A model generated the notes under the pieces. It saw only the letters and a program-made list of their open reading frames with translations. It was not told the origin of the DNA and did no database searches. The translations under genes and the position numbers were made by a program. This document shows, in pieces, positions 8,437 through 19,815 of a stretch of 64,000 nt of DNA; within the stretch, counting starts at the first letter, position 1, and every line of letters begins with the position of its first letter. Source of the stretch: Paramoeba atlantica (Eukaryota > Protista > Discosea); the NCBI GenBank assembly GCA_977017575.1, contig CDRNVI010000067.1, positions 1 through 64,000 on the forward strand. The letters are read 5' to 3'.

Positions 8437-11022
8437 ATGCTTGGCCGTTTCCGTTTGTCAAACTTGCAAAGGAATCAGAAATCGGCTTTGTGCCTAGCCG
8501 TCAAGCTTGCGAAATATTTACCTGTGATCAACGCTGCCTCCTCTTCGCTCCCTCACACCTTGTCGAAACCCGAAGCGTCTTCTCAAAAAACCATTACGGA
8601 CCACATGGACCGCACAACGAAAACATTTATCGCTCCCCGTTTATTTTTCTCCCCAAGAAAAATCTTCCCGAACGCGATTACCCCTACACAGCCTTTATAT
8701 TACTCTTCCCTACGTTGTTTCCAACACAGCTCCTTCCAACACAGCTCTTCCTCTTCCTCCTCCATACCACCCACCACCGCTCCTCCTTCCCCTGTCCCCC
8801 CCTCCGTCTCCCCCCCACCACCACCCGAGAGCTTATGGCTCAGCCGCGCCCACCTCACCCGTCTTCTCTCCTACATGTGGCCCTCCCACCGCCCGGGGAC
8901 CCGACTGCGTGTCGCCTCTGCGGTGCTCCTGATGCTCGCGACCAAACTCCTCACCGTGTGTGTCCCGCTGGTGTTTAAAACCCTCGTCGACGCCCTCTCC
9001 AGTGAGGAGCTGGTCCGGGCCGCGGCCTACAACCCCTTTGCCTTCTCCCTCACCGCCGTGGCCCTGTGCTACGGCGCCGTTCGCACCGCCCAGCACTTCG
9101 TCCAGGAACTTCGCTACGCGATTTTTATGAATGCCAGCCAGAGCGCGATGAATGAGATCCACGTCCGCATGTACCGCACCCTGCTCGACCAGGACCTCTC
9201 GTTTCACTTAAAACGACAAACCGGCGCCCTGGTGCGTCAAGTCGACCGCGGCATGCGTGCCGTGAACACGCTGATCTACGTGCTGCTGTTTAATCTCACC
9301 CCGACACTGCTGGAGCTTGGGCTGGTTTGTTATATTATTGCGAATACGGCGCCTGGAGGGCCCGCGGTGGCACTCACGTGTCTCTCCTCGATGGCACTCT
9401 ATACGGTTTTTACGTTCTGGATGACGAAATGGCGTATTGGTTTTCGCAAGGAGTTAAACGCGATTGAGAGCCAAACCAGCCAGAGGTTGCATGAAGGGTT
9501 GACGAACTATGAGGCGGTGAAGTTGTACAACAAGGAGAGATGGGAACTGGACCGGTATGAGGGTTTACTGGAGCAGTTTCGAGGGTACAGTGCGAAGAAT
9601 AACTGGTCGTTTGCGGCGTTAAATTTCGGACAGGCGTTTATTTTCTCTGTTGCGATGGCGCTGATCAGTGCGCTGTGTGCCTCCCACGTGCAATCCGGGG
9701 CGATGACGGTAGGGGATCTTGTCATGGTGAATGGACTGATGTTGCAACTGTCGTGGCCGCTTCACTTTTTGGGAACTATTTATCGTGAATTGACGCAAAG
9801 CAGTTTAGATATGCAAACGCTTTTTCGTTTATTCGACCGCACCACTGAACGAGAAAAGGAGAAAAAGAAACGAGAGGAACATTTTCCTCTGTTTTCTTAC
9901 CGCCCTTCTGGTGGGGGCATTGAGTTTCGCAATGTCTCGTTTCGCTATCCCACAGAAAAAGACGAGGCTTCCATCATTATGAACCCACAAACAAACTCAC
10001 CAAGCTCTGCTTCCTCCCCCACAACAGGAACACCCCAAAACCAATGCACGGAAAAACAAGAAAAATCAGCGACCTCGGTAAATTCCGATGCCATTCTCCG
10101 TGACATCAGCTTTACCGTACGCCCTGGCCAGGTCGTCGGGGTTGTTGGACCCACGGCCTCCGGCAAATCCACTCTTCTCCGGCTGCTCGCTAAGTTTTAC
10201 GAGCCCACGGAGGGTACGATATGGCTGGACGACCAACCCCTTCACCGGCTCACCCCGGACTCCGTACGAAAGGCTCTGGGTTATCTCACGCAGGACATTG
10301 TGTTGTTCAACGACACTGTCCGGTTTAATATTGCCTACGGAGCCGAGGAGCAAGCCCGTGAGAAAAATACTAACGAGACAACGACTTCTTCCCAAACTAA
10401 CGGAGAAGAGGTAGGGAATGAGGCGAAAGAGAAGGGCAAAGAAAGTGAAAAGCGGACAGCTGGAGGGAGAGATGGAGAAGCCATGTCTCCGTCTTCGTGT
10501 CCTGATCCTTTTTCCCTTTCCCATGTCCCGTTTTCTGCCATCCAACACGCCGCGACACGTGCGGATCTCCACAACGGCATCTGTGCCCTCCCCCAGGGCT
10601 ATGACACTCTCGTAGGGGAGCGAGGCCTGCGGCTGTCCGGGGGCGAGAAGCAACGCCTGGCACTGGCCCGTATGTTGTTAAAGGACCCCGTGATTCTGCT
10701 CGCGGATGAGGCCACGGCCTCGCTGGATACCCACACGGAGGCCAACGTGATGAACGCGTTAAAACAAAGTGGCCGGACTGTATTGCTCGTGGCACATCGG
10801 CTCACGACGGTGAGAGATGCGGATTGTATTGTCGTGTTGGACAAAGGCAGGGTTGTGGAACAAGGGACACATCAGGAGCTGTTGTGTGGGGTGGCAAGCG
10901 GGGGGAAGGGGTATGAAGGGGCGGAGAATGGAGAGAGAGGGAAAAGGGCGAAGGGATTGTATGCACAGATGTGGGAAAAACAGTCGCTGGAGAAAACAGT
11001 GAGGTGTGAGGCAAAGGAGTAG
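8437..11022 (+). CDS. ATM1: Mitochondrial ABC half-transporter ATM1/ABCB7
   Basis: TMD with LSFHLKRQTGALVRQVDRG and NYEAVKLYN; Walker A GPTASGKST, signature LSGGEKQR, Walker B ILLADEATASLD, H-loop VAHRL. Confidence 0.92.
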   Translation: MLGRFRLSNLQRNQKSALCLAVKLAKYLPVINAASSSLPHTLSKPEASSQKTITDHMDRTTKTFIAPRLFFSPRKIFPNAITPTQPLYYSSLRCFQHSSFQHSSSSSSSIPPTTAPPSPVPPSVSPPPPPESLWLSRAHLTRLLSYMWPSHRPGTRLRVASAVLLMLATKLLTVCVPLVFKTLVDALSSEELVRAAAYNPFAFSLTAVALCYGAVRTAQHFVQELRYAIFMNASQSAMNEIHVRMYRTLLDQDLSFHLKRQTGALVRQVDRGMRAVNTLIYVLLFNLTPTLLELGLVCYIIANTAPGGPAVALTCLSSMALYTVFTFWMTKWRIGFRKELNAIESQTSQRLHEGLTNYEAVKLYNKERWELDRYEGLLEQFRGYSAKNNWSFAALNFGQAFIFSVAMALISALCASHVQSGAMTVGDLVMVNGLMLQLSWPLHFLGTIYRELTQSSLDMQTLFRLFDRTTEREKEKKKREEHFPLFSYRPSGGGIEFRNVSFRYPTEKDEASIIMNPQTNSPSSASSPTTGTPQNQCTEKQEKSATSVNSDAILRDISFTVRPGQVVGVVGPTASGKSTLLRLLAKFYEPTEGTIWLDDQPLHRLTPDSVRKALGYLTQDIVLFNDTVRFNIAYGAEEQAREKNTNETTTSSQTNGEEVGNEAKEKGKESEKRTAGGRDGEAMSPSSCPDPFSLSHVPFSAIQHAATRADLHNGICALPQGYDTLVGERGLRLSGGEKQRLALARMLLKDPVILLADEATASLDTHTEANVMNALKQSGRTVLLVAHRLTTVRDADCIVVLDKGRVVEQGTHQELLCGVASGGKGYEGAENGERGKRAKGLYAQMWEKQSLEKTVRCEAKE

Positions 11023-11687
11023 CGAAACGTTGAGGTTGATAAAAGGAGAGTTGTGGTGCGCACGTGTTCGGGTCTCAGAAAGAAAGGACGATGAAGCTGT
11101 TGAGGGTCCCGTCAAATTGAGTGTGAGTTCACTGGGGTCTTATGTTTGTGAAGGCGTAAAAAGTTATGTTGTAATTGTTTTTTTCTCGTCACATACCAGT
11201 GCGTTCATACTCACCAGTATCACCTTTGCCTCGAAGCCCCTTTACCTTGATGCGTGCCTGCTACAGATCTAGAGCAGGCTGTTTTTTACCACACTGATTT
11301 TTTTTTTGCAAAAGAGCAAGGGTTTTGTACCACCACCAGAGGAAAAAGCTTTGACACGTGTAGCTATCTGGGACATGCTCCGATACCTTTTATTGTACTT
11401 GATTTTTAGCAGCAGACCGCTTGAGTGAAGCCCTCACTGCATGAACCAGAGCAGGACCTGAATCTTAGGCAGTTAGCTATTTCCTCTCCTTCCTTAGCTA
11501 GTTACTCGTACTGTACAGTAGCTAGTCTACTGTAGTACAGTAGATAATCTACTGTGAGCGTTGAATACTGAAAAAATATAAAAGACTATTTTAAAGATAT
11601 TCTTTGTTTCAATTCATATTTTTTTTCTTTCAATTTTAGAAAATTTCTTTTTCGCATTTTTATCCCTTTTAGACTTTACTTTCTTGC

Positions 11688-12308
11688 ATGGTGTATTTTT
11701 ACACTTTAAAAACTGCCCCGGATCTTGTCTGCTATATGGGCCGAGATAAGTATGAAAACGAAGATCTGATTGAATACGGATTGGACGAGGACGTTTGGTT
11801 TCATGTTGATGATTACAGTAGTGCTCATGTCTACCTCCGATTAAAGGAGGAAGAATCATGGGAAAATATTTCTCCCGAAACATTGGAAGAATTAGGCCAG
11901 CTAACGAAACACAATTCAATTACAGGATCCAAACTTGCGTCTGTGAATATTATTTACACGCCGTGGAAGAATCTTCACAAGGGAAAGGATATGGAAATTG
12001 GTGCAATTGGATATCATAATCCGAAAGCCGTCAAAACGTTGCGCATTTCCAAGAACAACGATATTGTAAAACCTATAGAGAAAACAAAGCGAGAGAAGTC
12101 AGATTACAATTTGAAATCCTTGCGTGAGAAATATGATAAGAACAAAAGAGAAAAGGCACGTCTTATTCAAAAACAGCAAAAAGATGAAAAAGAACGTCAA
12201 ATCTCTGAGGCGAAAAAGGCAGCAGAGCTTCGAAATTATTCATCATTAATGAAAACAGTTGATCGGAGTGCTGACCAAACGCCAATCGATGAGGATGACT
12301 TTATGTAA
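11688..12308 (+). CDS. CCDC25: CCDC25 / NFACT-R (DUF814) protein
   Basis: YMGRDKYENEDLIEYG...DVWFHVDDYSSAHVYLRL...IIYTPWKNLHK; charged C-terminal coil. Confidence 0.92.
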   Translation: MVYFYTLKTAPDLVCYMGRDKYENEDLIEYGLDEDVWFHVDDYSSAHVYLRLKEEESWENISPETLEELGQLTKHNSITGSKLASVNIIYTPWKNLHKGKDMEIGAIGYHNPKAVKTLRISKNNDIVKPIEKTKREKSDYNLKSLREKYDKNKREKARLIQKQQKDEKERQISEAKKAAELRNYSSLMKTVDRSADQTPIDEDDFM

Positions 12309-13054
12309 TTCATTATTGAGAAATTTTGAATTAATTGAAGCCATCCCCACTTAAATACCTGAGGAAAACTATCGAAGCCGTGAAGAGATTCAACTGAAAG
12401 CTTAAAAAGTTGCACTGGTTCATGACACCACTATTTATTATGAAAGTGTTATTCCCGACGCAAAGCCTACTACATTTTATTAGTGTATGGTTTGCTGTAT
12501 TTATTTTTCTTTTGGAACCTGTTTTATCATTGGAGAGTATGCAGTAGGTCTGTGTAAGTCCGCGACGAGCTGTGGTACGTGGTAATCCGTGTAGATTCGT
12601 GAATGTTCGTGTAGAATTTTTCGGTATTTTTTAAGAGGGCTTAATGGCTCGGCCGCTAGGATGATTGCATGTAGGTAAAACAGACCGAATTAGTTAAAAC
12701 ACGTCACTCTGAATGAAAATTTAAATAACAGCTGAAAGAATAAACCCACATAGGCACTAATACTAATAATCCTTGTGATGGGAATAGTCGTTGGCTTTAG
12801 CACCACTCACTCTTTACCTTATTTGGTGCCACTTATCTTTACTTTTTCATTAAATCTCTTTTACCATCTTAAACCTCTTTTTAGCTTTATAACTTGAAAC
12901 ATCACGCACATTGCGAGAAGCGACGTTCTTTTTGCACTTTTTTAAAGATTCCATCTTACGGGAACCTTCTTCATCTTCGACTTCAATATGTTGTGGGCCA
13001 CGTGAACCAAACGTGGTTCATCATTATCTTCGGTGGGATTGAACGAATAATGTA

Positions 13055-14021
13055 CTCCCCCTGTCATTAATAATTTCTTTTTTAGGCTTTTCGTTAAATG
13101 CGGTGGTTGTTTTCAACTTAGAAGTCCCTCATGCTGCGCTCTTCGCGTTGAAAACTACCTCCGCGTTTAACGAAGAGCCCAAAAAAGAAATTTGGCCTGG
13201 AAAGGTGAAGAAAACGGAAAGATTATAGCCAAAAATAGCCGATTTTTGGGTAAAAATGGGGTGATTTTTGCGTATTTTTGCTCTCAGAGCACTAAATCTG
13301 ATATTTGCGTGTGCGAAATCACTCGTAGGCGTGAATGCAAGCCTACTGAACGTGTTGGGTAGAGAATGCGACTCCAACCACACCATTCTTCCAACACAAA
13401 AAGGCCTCTTGGGGTCCGAAAAATACTTTTTCACCTTTTTTAGTCAAAAATGGACCATTTTCGCGGGCATACCACGGCTCGAAGAAGAGATACCTTGCGA
13501 AAACAACTGGGCGGAAAGCTAGTATAGGTCCCAAACTCAAAATACAATAGGGGAAACGATTTTTGGAAAAATAATTTTTTTACCATCTTTTTCGCCAAGT
13601 TGAATTTTTTTTCAAAATTTTTTTTCCGAAAAAATCCGAACTTGGCGGACCCGTCCTGCGGCTACGAGGGGGGGTCACCCCGGGGTACGGGGGTGGAAAA
13701 TGCGCGCCAAGACCCCGGCTACCCTTTCTGCGGGTTTGTTTCGAAAAATCATTTTTACAAAAAAATTTCGTGCGGTATGCCCCCCCCCCCTAGACCCCCC
13801 ATTTTTTTCAATTTTGGACCACCGGAGCCCCCTTTTATATTTTTTTCTTCTATTATATTACTGTGTTCCTCTTTATATTTTCACTGTTTTTGTTCACCTT
13901 TTTTTCAATAATCGAGGGTAGAGCGGTAGTTTTACAACCACCGCAATGATAATGATAATCCTCAAGAATGATAATTTTTTGAGATTTTTATTATCATTAT
14001 CATTATTAATGGCAGGGGGAG
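13055..14021. mobile_element. TA-flanked TIR element (CTCCCCCTGTCATTAATAAT termini) enclosing a HINE-like copy
   Basis: ta|CTCCCCCTGTCATTAATAAT at 13053-13074 and ATTATTAATGGCAGGGGGAG|ta at 14002-14023 (19/20 inverted match). A solo right end lies at ~17890-17910. Confidence 0.7.
13075..13947 (+). mobile_element. Apparently complete ~870-bp non-autonomous Helentron/HINE-like element
   Basis: 5' long palindrome (13081-13180), internal C-run microsatellite, 3' hairpin gcggtagttttacaaccaccgc. Other copies at 53387-53897(-), 59221-59447, 41560-41755, 62480-63075 and 63215-64000. Confidence 0.65.
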
Positions 14022-14396
14022 TACTCCTCTTCTCATTAATTTATATAAACGCCATTCCTAATTTTTCAGAAAAAAATATAGATTTTCAAAAAATTATGTT
14101 TTTGAAGAAAAAAACAGGAAAAGCTAGGATAGAGGGGAGGACACCGCAGAAAAATTTGACCCTCACTTCCGACAAGGACCTTGGATCTCACGTTCTGCAA
14201 TAGCTTATCGCAGAAAAATAGCGTTTTTCCATCAGGCAAGATCATTAATCAGGACTTTTTGCCTAACCATTCTTATTAATTTCTATAAATATAAATATAA
14301 ATTTTCTTTTTTGTTACAATATATAAACCCCTGGCCACCAATAAGGCACCCCCCCCTTATTTTTTGCATGAGGGGGTATGGTAGGGTTAACATACC

Positions 14397-14960
14397 ATGT
14401 TTTCGTTCAAAATTTTGAGATCTGTACGTTCCCGCTGTTTTTTTGATACAAACGATAATCGAATGAAAATGTGGGTAAAAAAAGGAGAGACCCCTGCAAA
14501 GAGACTAAAGGTGCGCTGGGCGCCTAAGTGCCAGGTGTGGGGTGCTATAGGAATTAACTGGAGATGCTTAAAAATTTTATCCAGCAGGACCTCTATTACC
14601 CACGAAACATACATAGACACACTAAAACATGTTTATTTCCCCCGCAAAAGAATATTTCAACAAGATGGTGCCACCGCTCATACGGCCAAGGCCACCATAA
14701 ATTACCTGAACAAACGAAAAATTAATCTACTAAAAAATTGGCCCCCAATTTCTCCCGATCTTTCTCCCATTGAAAACATATGGTCAATGGTACAACAAGA
14801 CGTAAGTGAAAAGCTACCATCTACAGTTTCCGAACTGCAAAGGTGTATTCTAAACACATGGAGTTCTTTACCGACTGAAATGATAAATGATACCATCTTA
14901 AGTTTCGATCGTAGACTGAAGGCCTGCGTCGAACTAGGTGGCGAAAAGGTAAAAAAGTGA
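14397..14960 (+). pseudogene. Tc1-like transposase C-terminal half (DD35E)
   Basis: CQVWGAIG, FQQDGATAH, NWPPISPDLSPIENIW; 35 residues counted between D and E. N-terminus deleted. Confidence 0.9.
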
Positions 14961-15709
14961 TAAATACAGGGTCGTTCAGCATTTTTTGAGCAATTCTTAC
15001 AAGTGTATGTTTTGTTCAATTTTTTATATACAAATGTACCTCAATAATCATATGTACCTCAAAAGATAGGCGCGAGCCTCCTCTAGAAAGGAAAAATATG
15101 ATGCCTTGTCGCCAAGCGCGGTTCAGACACTAATATTTTTTTTGGTAATATTTGACGCCTTTCGTCCAGATGAGCCGCTAGAAAACGTCTTGTTTTTAAA
15201 ACTCTTCGAATCGTGAAAGAAAAGCTTGTCTTTACTCACACGTATTTGAATCATGCGTTCATATGTATTCGAAGCATCCGATAGAGTAAGAATTTGATAC
15301 TATCAAATGCAAAACGTGTTTTGTTGTAGAATTGCCAAATTGCGTTTTTTTCTTTACTTTCTTGGAACATGCCATTGCAACTGGACGAGGAGTCCAGTTA
15401 CTGTATTTCCCCTCGCTCTGATGCTAGCTCAATTTCAGATTTGAGCGTATCAACACCATCCTCACTCGGTGATGACCCGGATTGGACTTTGAGTGATTTC
15501 TCCGTAGATTCAAGCGATAACTCTCTTATTAGTGAAGATGAGTGGAGTGATGGGGAGGGCCTTGTAGCATATGGCCAATTAGCTGTAACGTCGAACGCGG
15601 TGAAGATGAAAGTTTCTTAGATTTTATCTCACGAATAAAAGGGGATGTTTCATCTCGCGCGAGCTCTATCCCCTACGAGAAAATCTCACCCCCAAAAAAT
15701 TATGATCTA

Positions 15710-17261
15710 GTGGTTGAAGAATTGATTGGCAATAGTCTTTCTTCTCAGCAACCAGAAGAAGAGGTTCTAAGAGCAGAACCTCCGGACGAGATCGAGCCGA
15801 GAACTTCAAATGTACAACCAAGTCACGACGAGGAAAAAATTCAAACAGAAGTAACGGCGGATGAGGTGCGAAGCAAGAGGAACGTCGAACGTACTCTACG
15901 AAGACGTATCGAAAGCTTACAACACAAACTGCGTTTGCGCACACGACAGTTACGAAATGCTGTAAATCGTAACTGCAAGCAAGAAACGCGGTATGATGAA
16001 ATATGTGAGAGGGTAAACGCAAGCATGAAAAACAGTGAGTTCACTTGCAAAGAGGCTGAGATTCGATGCTCTCTGTTAGAAAACGAACTGAAGATAGTAA
16101 AGGAGGAAAGAGCACTTCTTGAAGTACGATACAGGGAAGAGGAGACTGAAAAATTTCAAATAATTAAATCTTTGCAATTATTGCGCAGCCAACAGCACAT
16201 CCAGACATTTGAACAAAAGCAACAGGGAAAACGAGGCCGACCCATGAAAAAAAAAACAATGAACAGACGAACCGCAGTTCAAATATATAGAACTAGAACG
16301 CGGTTAACAGAAACAGATGTAATGGCTATAAAATTGTTTCACAGGAGCGGCGTTTACCGGCACGCTGACCTTTGTTACATGTTTGCTTTGCCCCGTTCGA
16401 CGTGCACTTATGTTCTGAAAAGTTCTAAGGCTGGAGAAAGAGGAAGAAAGAGGAAGAAAGAGGAAGAAAGAGGAAGAAAGAGGAAGAAAGAGGAAGAAAT
16501 TGTCTCTCTCCCAAAAAAAAATGGACGCAAGAGTCGCCTTTTGTCAATCAATGTTAAAAGAGAACGAGGCAACCGAAGGCATATTTTTTAAGCGATTAAT
16601 ATTTTCTGACGAATCCTGGATGGAAGCGGGGGACATGTCCAGAGGTGCTTGGCAAAGTCCGACTGACATTGTGTATAAGTCAAGGACGCATCATCCAACG
16701 AAAGTAATGATTTGGGGTGCTATTGCGGGCGACGGACACGTTTTTTACCACTGGTGCGATTTCACCAAGTTTTACAAGGATGAAGCTTCGCGTGAATTGC
16801 TACCTGGGGAAAAGCGGGAAGAATTTCCTCAGGAATTAAAACTCGGATCGTTATATTACCGCAAGTCGATATTGGAGCCCCATTTTTTGCCTTACGCAGC
16901 CACTCATGAAAACATTATTCTTATGGAAGACGGTGCTCCCGCTCATCGGGCCATACTTACAAAAAAGTGGTGAAAAGATCGAAAGGCGATGAACTTGTCA
17001 CGGTACGTGAGTACAACTGGAGAGTTAATGCTTCGCTGGCCGGCGGATTCCCCAGATCTTAATCCAATTGAGAACTTGTGGAACCAAACAAAGCAATTCA
17101 AGAACCGTAAATGCCCCATTTCTGCAGGTGAAATTAAGCGCGTATGTGAATCATATTTGGACTCCGTAGAAGCGAAGGAGTCGATAAAGAAGCTGCATGT
17201 CTCCTTCAAAAAAAGACTCGAGTTGTGCATATTATATAAAGGAAAGAAGATTCCTTACTAA
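15710..17261 (+). pseudogene. Second Tc1-like transposase (coiled-coil + HTH N-terminus, DD46E catalytic domain), broken by a frameshift and one in-frame TGA
   Basis: FSDESW, KVMIWGAI, MEDGAPAH, TKKW*KDR (TGA at 16971-16973, same frame continues), RWPADSPDLNPIENLW. HTH-like RLTETDVMAIKLFHRSG...LPRSTCTYVL lies upstream. Confidence 0.8.
16441..16500. repeat. 10-bp tandem repeat AGGAAGAAAG x6
   Basis: Directly visible; last unit ends in T. Confidence 0.95.
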
Positions 17262-18369
17262 ATACTGTATGTGTACTAATGTTAAAATAAGTGATTTCTG
17301 GGAAAGGGGAGAAACTCAGTACTAAAAACTAAAGTTTATCGAAAAATAATGATAAAATACTTGGTCAATTTTGCCTGAGATTGCCTTTTTGGACCATTGC
17401 ATCTTTTGGGTACAGGGGCCCATGTGCGTAGAAAATATTTTTCCCTATCTGCTTGTGTTCTAAACTAACGCTTTCCGCACATTTTATTTGAATTCGACAT
17501 CATGTGCAACCTGTGGAATTGTTCAACTTTGACATAAACGGCCCTGTAGTTTCCACTTTATAAATAGCTATAGGACTAGTGACCAAGTGTGGGAGGACAT
17601 AAATCCCGAACTGAGATCTGCAAAATGCCATTGAAATTAGCTCAAACAAACAAAGCATCGAATTTTTAGAGGGGGGTGCCTTATTTTGGCCAGGGGTTTA
17701 TTTATAGAAATTAATGAGGAGGAGTACATCGTTTTCGACAAAAAAAAAGATTTTCATGCCAAAAATGCGAAATTTTGGGCGAATTTGGGCCGTTTTTGAA
17801 ACCAAATACAGTTGATAATTTTTATAGATACAGTTGATAATTTTTTAAGAGTCTTCATCACATAGAATAATAATTTTTTTAAGATTATCATTATTAATGA
17901 CAGGGGGAGTACACTTTCTTAAAATAATTTCAAATTTTTATGAAATCGTTTTTTGTGTTCCCTAGGCATACGCTAACTAGTAAACTAGTAATTACTATAG
18001 TAATTACTATGAGCTACTACTTTTGAGTCTTCCCATGAAGGTTGTTACCATTTTAAAAACACAGTTATTTTTGAAATTTCATTTCATTGTTTTATGGCGG
18101 ATATGTTATTAACTTTAGCGGTATCTGCAGTGTCTCTCATATTAATAAAATTATTAGCTATTGACTTCTTATTGTCTGTCTGGAAGTTGAACCAATCGTT
18201 GAAAGGGAACCCGGAAATGAAGTTTCTACACCTGTGCCAAGCAACACTCGTCGACGACAAAGGCCTTCTGCAGAAGAGCATCGCGAGCGTGCTGTTGCCA
18301 TTTCTAATCGACTTAAAGAAAATCCCACTCAAGTTGCCCTTACTAATGAAGCCCATGAAGCCCACGGCG

Positions 18370-18490
18370 CTCTCCCGCCGTGCTCCCCGCCACGCTCCTG
18401 CCGTGCCACCCGCCACGCTCCCGCCGCGCCACCCGCCACGCTCGTGCCGCACCACCCGTCACGCTCCCTCCCCGCCTCCACTTCCGCCGC
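18370..18490. repeat. GC-rich imperfect ~21-bp tandem repeat (ccacccgccacgctcc...)
   Basis: Repeated cccgccacgctc units. Confidence 0.7.
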
Positions 18491-18494
18491 CCCC

Positions 18495-18800
18495 CTAATG
18501 CCCGGCAAAAGATCCTGGCGTCACCCAGCTAGCAGTACGGACTGAGTCCAAATACTTCTTTTGCTGTGCATGTGTGACCGCAAAATCTAATACCATGCCT
18601 TTCGCCAGAACCCCTCTCTCAAGAGAGCCAGTGGGCAGAAAAACGTCCGCGGGTCTAGTGAGAGCGCCTCCTGGGCCACGGTTTCCCAGACTCTTTTCTC
18701 TCTGTGGTTGAAGAAAGGCCTTGCTGCGGAAAGATGCGAATTGGTGTGCCAGGGCGTTGTGTCGAGCTATCAAACCGTGTCCGTTTTTACATAATAATCA
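18495..18800 (-). pseudogene. C-terminal restriction-like endonuclease fragment of a CRE/SLACS/R2-type non-LTR retrotransposon
   Basis: LCKNGHGLIARHNALA...E...RPADVFLP...VLDFAVT matches the RHN / RPAD / D-x-x-V pattern of RLE domains. Confidence 0.6.
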
Positions 18801-19029
18801 TACCCTGGACTTAGCTCCGAGTAAATTAAGCATCATTAAGCACAACTAAACATTTTTCTCTTCCATGTGTAAGTACAATTATGTTTTGCATATATAACCC
18901 CCCAATGAAAAGTGACCTACCCCTTTATTATAATGGGTACCTGGTTGGGCACCATAATCATTGCAAAGCGGGTTCGAGCCTCCATACCAAACCACTCCTC
19001 GCAACACATCGATCCCGAGAGTAACCCGC

Positions 19030-19815
19030 CTTCTATGAGTCAGAGCTTGACTCCAATACGTCAGAACGGGGCAGGAGAGCGAAGAGAAATTTCAACCGCA
19101 GTGGAAAAGAATATTGGTACCTACAATTCGTAGGTTCATGCAGCCAAGCGGCTGTAACTGCTTCGCAGTTGAAAACACCGCGAAAACCAACTTCATCAGC
19201 CCGTCGCTCCGGAAATGTGGACCCTTTGCGGTACAATTTTGACGAGTGCCGCCCTGAATGGCTTCGTAGACACAGTGAAACCAGGGCCTGGGTGGGGTTT
19301 GGGTTCTAGTGGACTTTTAGACTTCCACGTAGACAGAATTTCACGGACAGTCTTTCTGTCCCTGCCAAAATGTTTAGCTAAAGTATGAATCGAATTTCCT
19401 TTTTTATAATGGCGGACAATTTCAAGGCGCTCTGGGAATGCAGGTAATAGGGGGGTCTTACAGGTAATAGGGGGTGTCTTGTTCTTCGGCGAGTTGGAGT
19501 ACTGCCCTTTAGTAGATTTAACGGGGGTATCCCTCAAATTTATAGAATTAGAAACCATATTTGAATAAAAAACTCCCAAATTTTTGAAATATTGGGATTG
19601 TTTGTAAAATTATGCTATTTTTTCGTGTTCTTTTTCTAAATAGCCAGGCAACGCTAGGATAGGGGGGATAGTATTTTAGACCCAGGGGGGGTGATGGGCA
19701 AACGAACGGCCGGAAACGCTCTAGTTTTTCGAGATCTGTTGAATGCCGAAGGAATTAGGTCAAAAGCTCTTATGGTGTGCTCAGGAGCCTGGGGGGGAAA
19801 CCAGTACCTGGTCTG
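19030..19815 (-). mobile_element. Truncated Tc1-like element: TIR end plus N-terminal HTH of the transposase
   Basis: TIR ...ccagtacctggtctg|ta ends at 19815; PERLEIVRHYKKGNSIHTLAKHFGRDRKTVREIL HTH. 19405-19815 is the inverted copy of 20770-21160. Confidence 0.75.

Larger units (their letters stand above)
14326..17698 (+). mobile_element. 3.37-kb Tc1/mariner-type composite element with TA TSD
   Basis: ta|AACCCCTGGCCACCAATAAGGCACCCCCC ... GGGGGGTGCCTTATTTTGGCCAGGGGTT|ta. Both subterminal regions match the 43979-44910 element. Confidence 0.85.

Noticed and set aside
13129-13911. ORFs listed within HINE-like copies (also 53542-54000 and 62483-63685)
   Set aside because: Short, frame-inconsistent between copies; non-coding repeat.
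16971-16973. TGA read-through or genetic-code reassignment
   Set aside because: Host genes (LRR 6379, ZPR1, cyclophilin) use TGA as a normal stop; a nonsense mutation is simpler.
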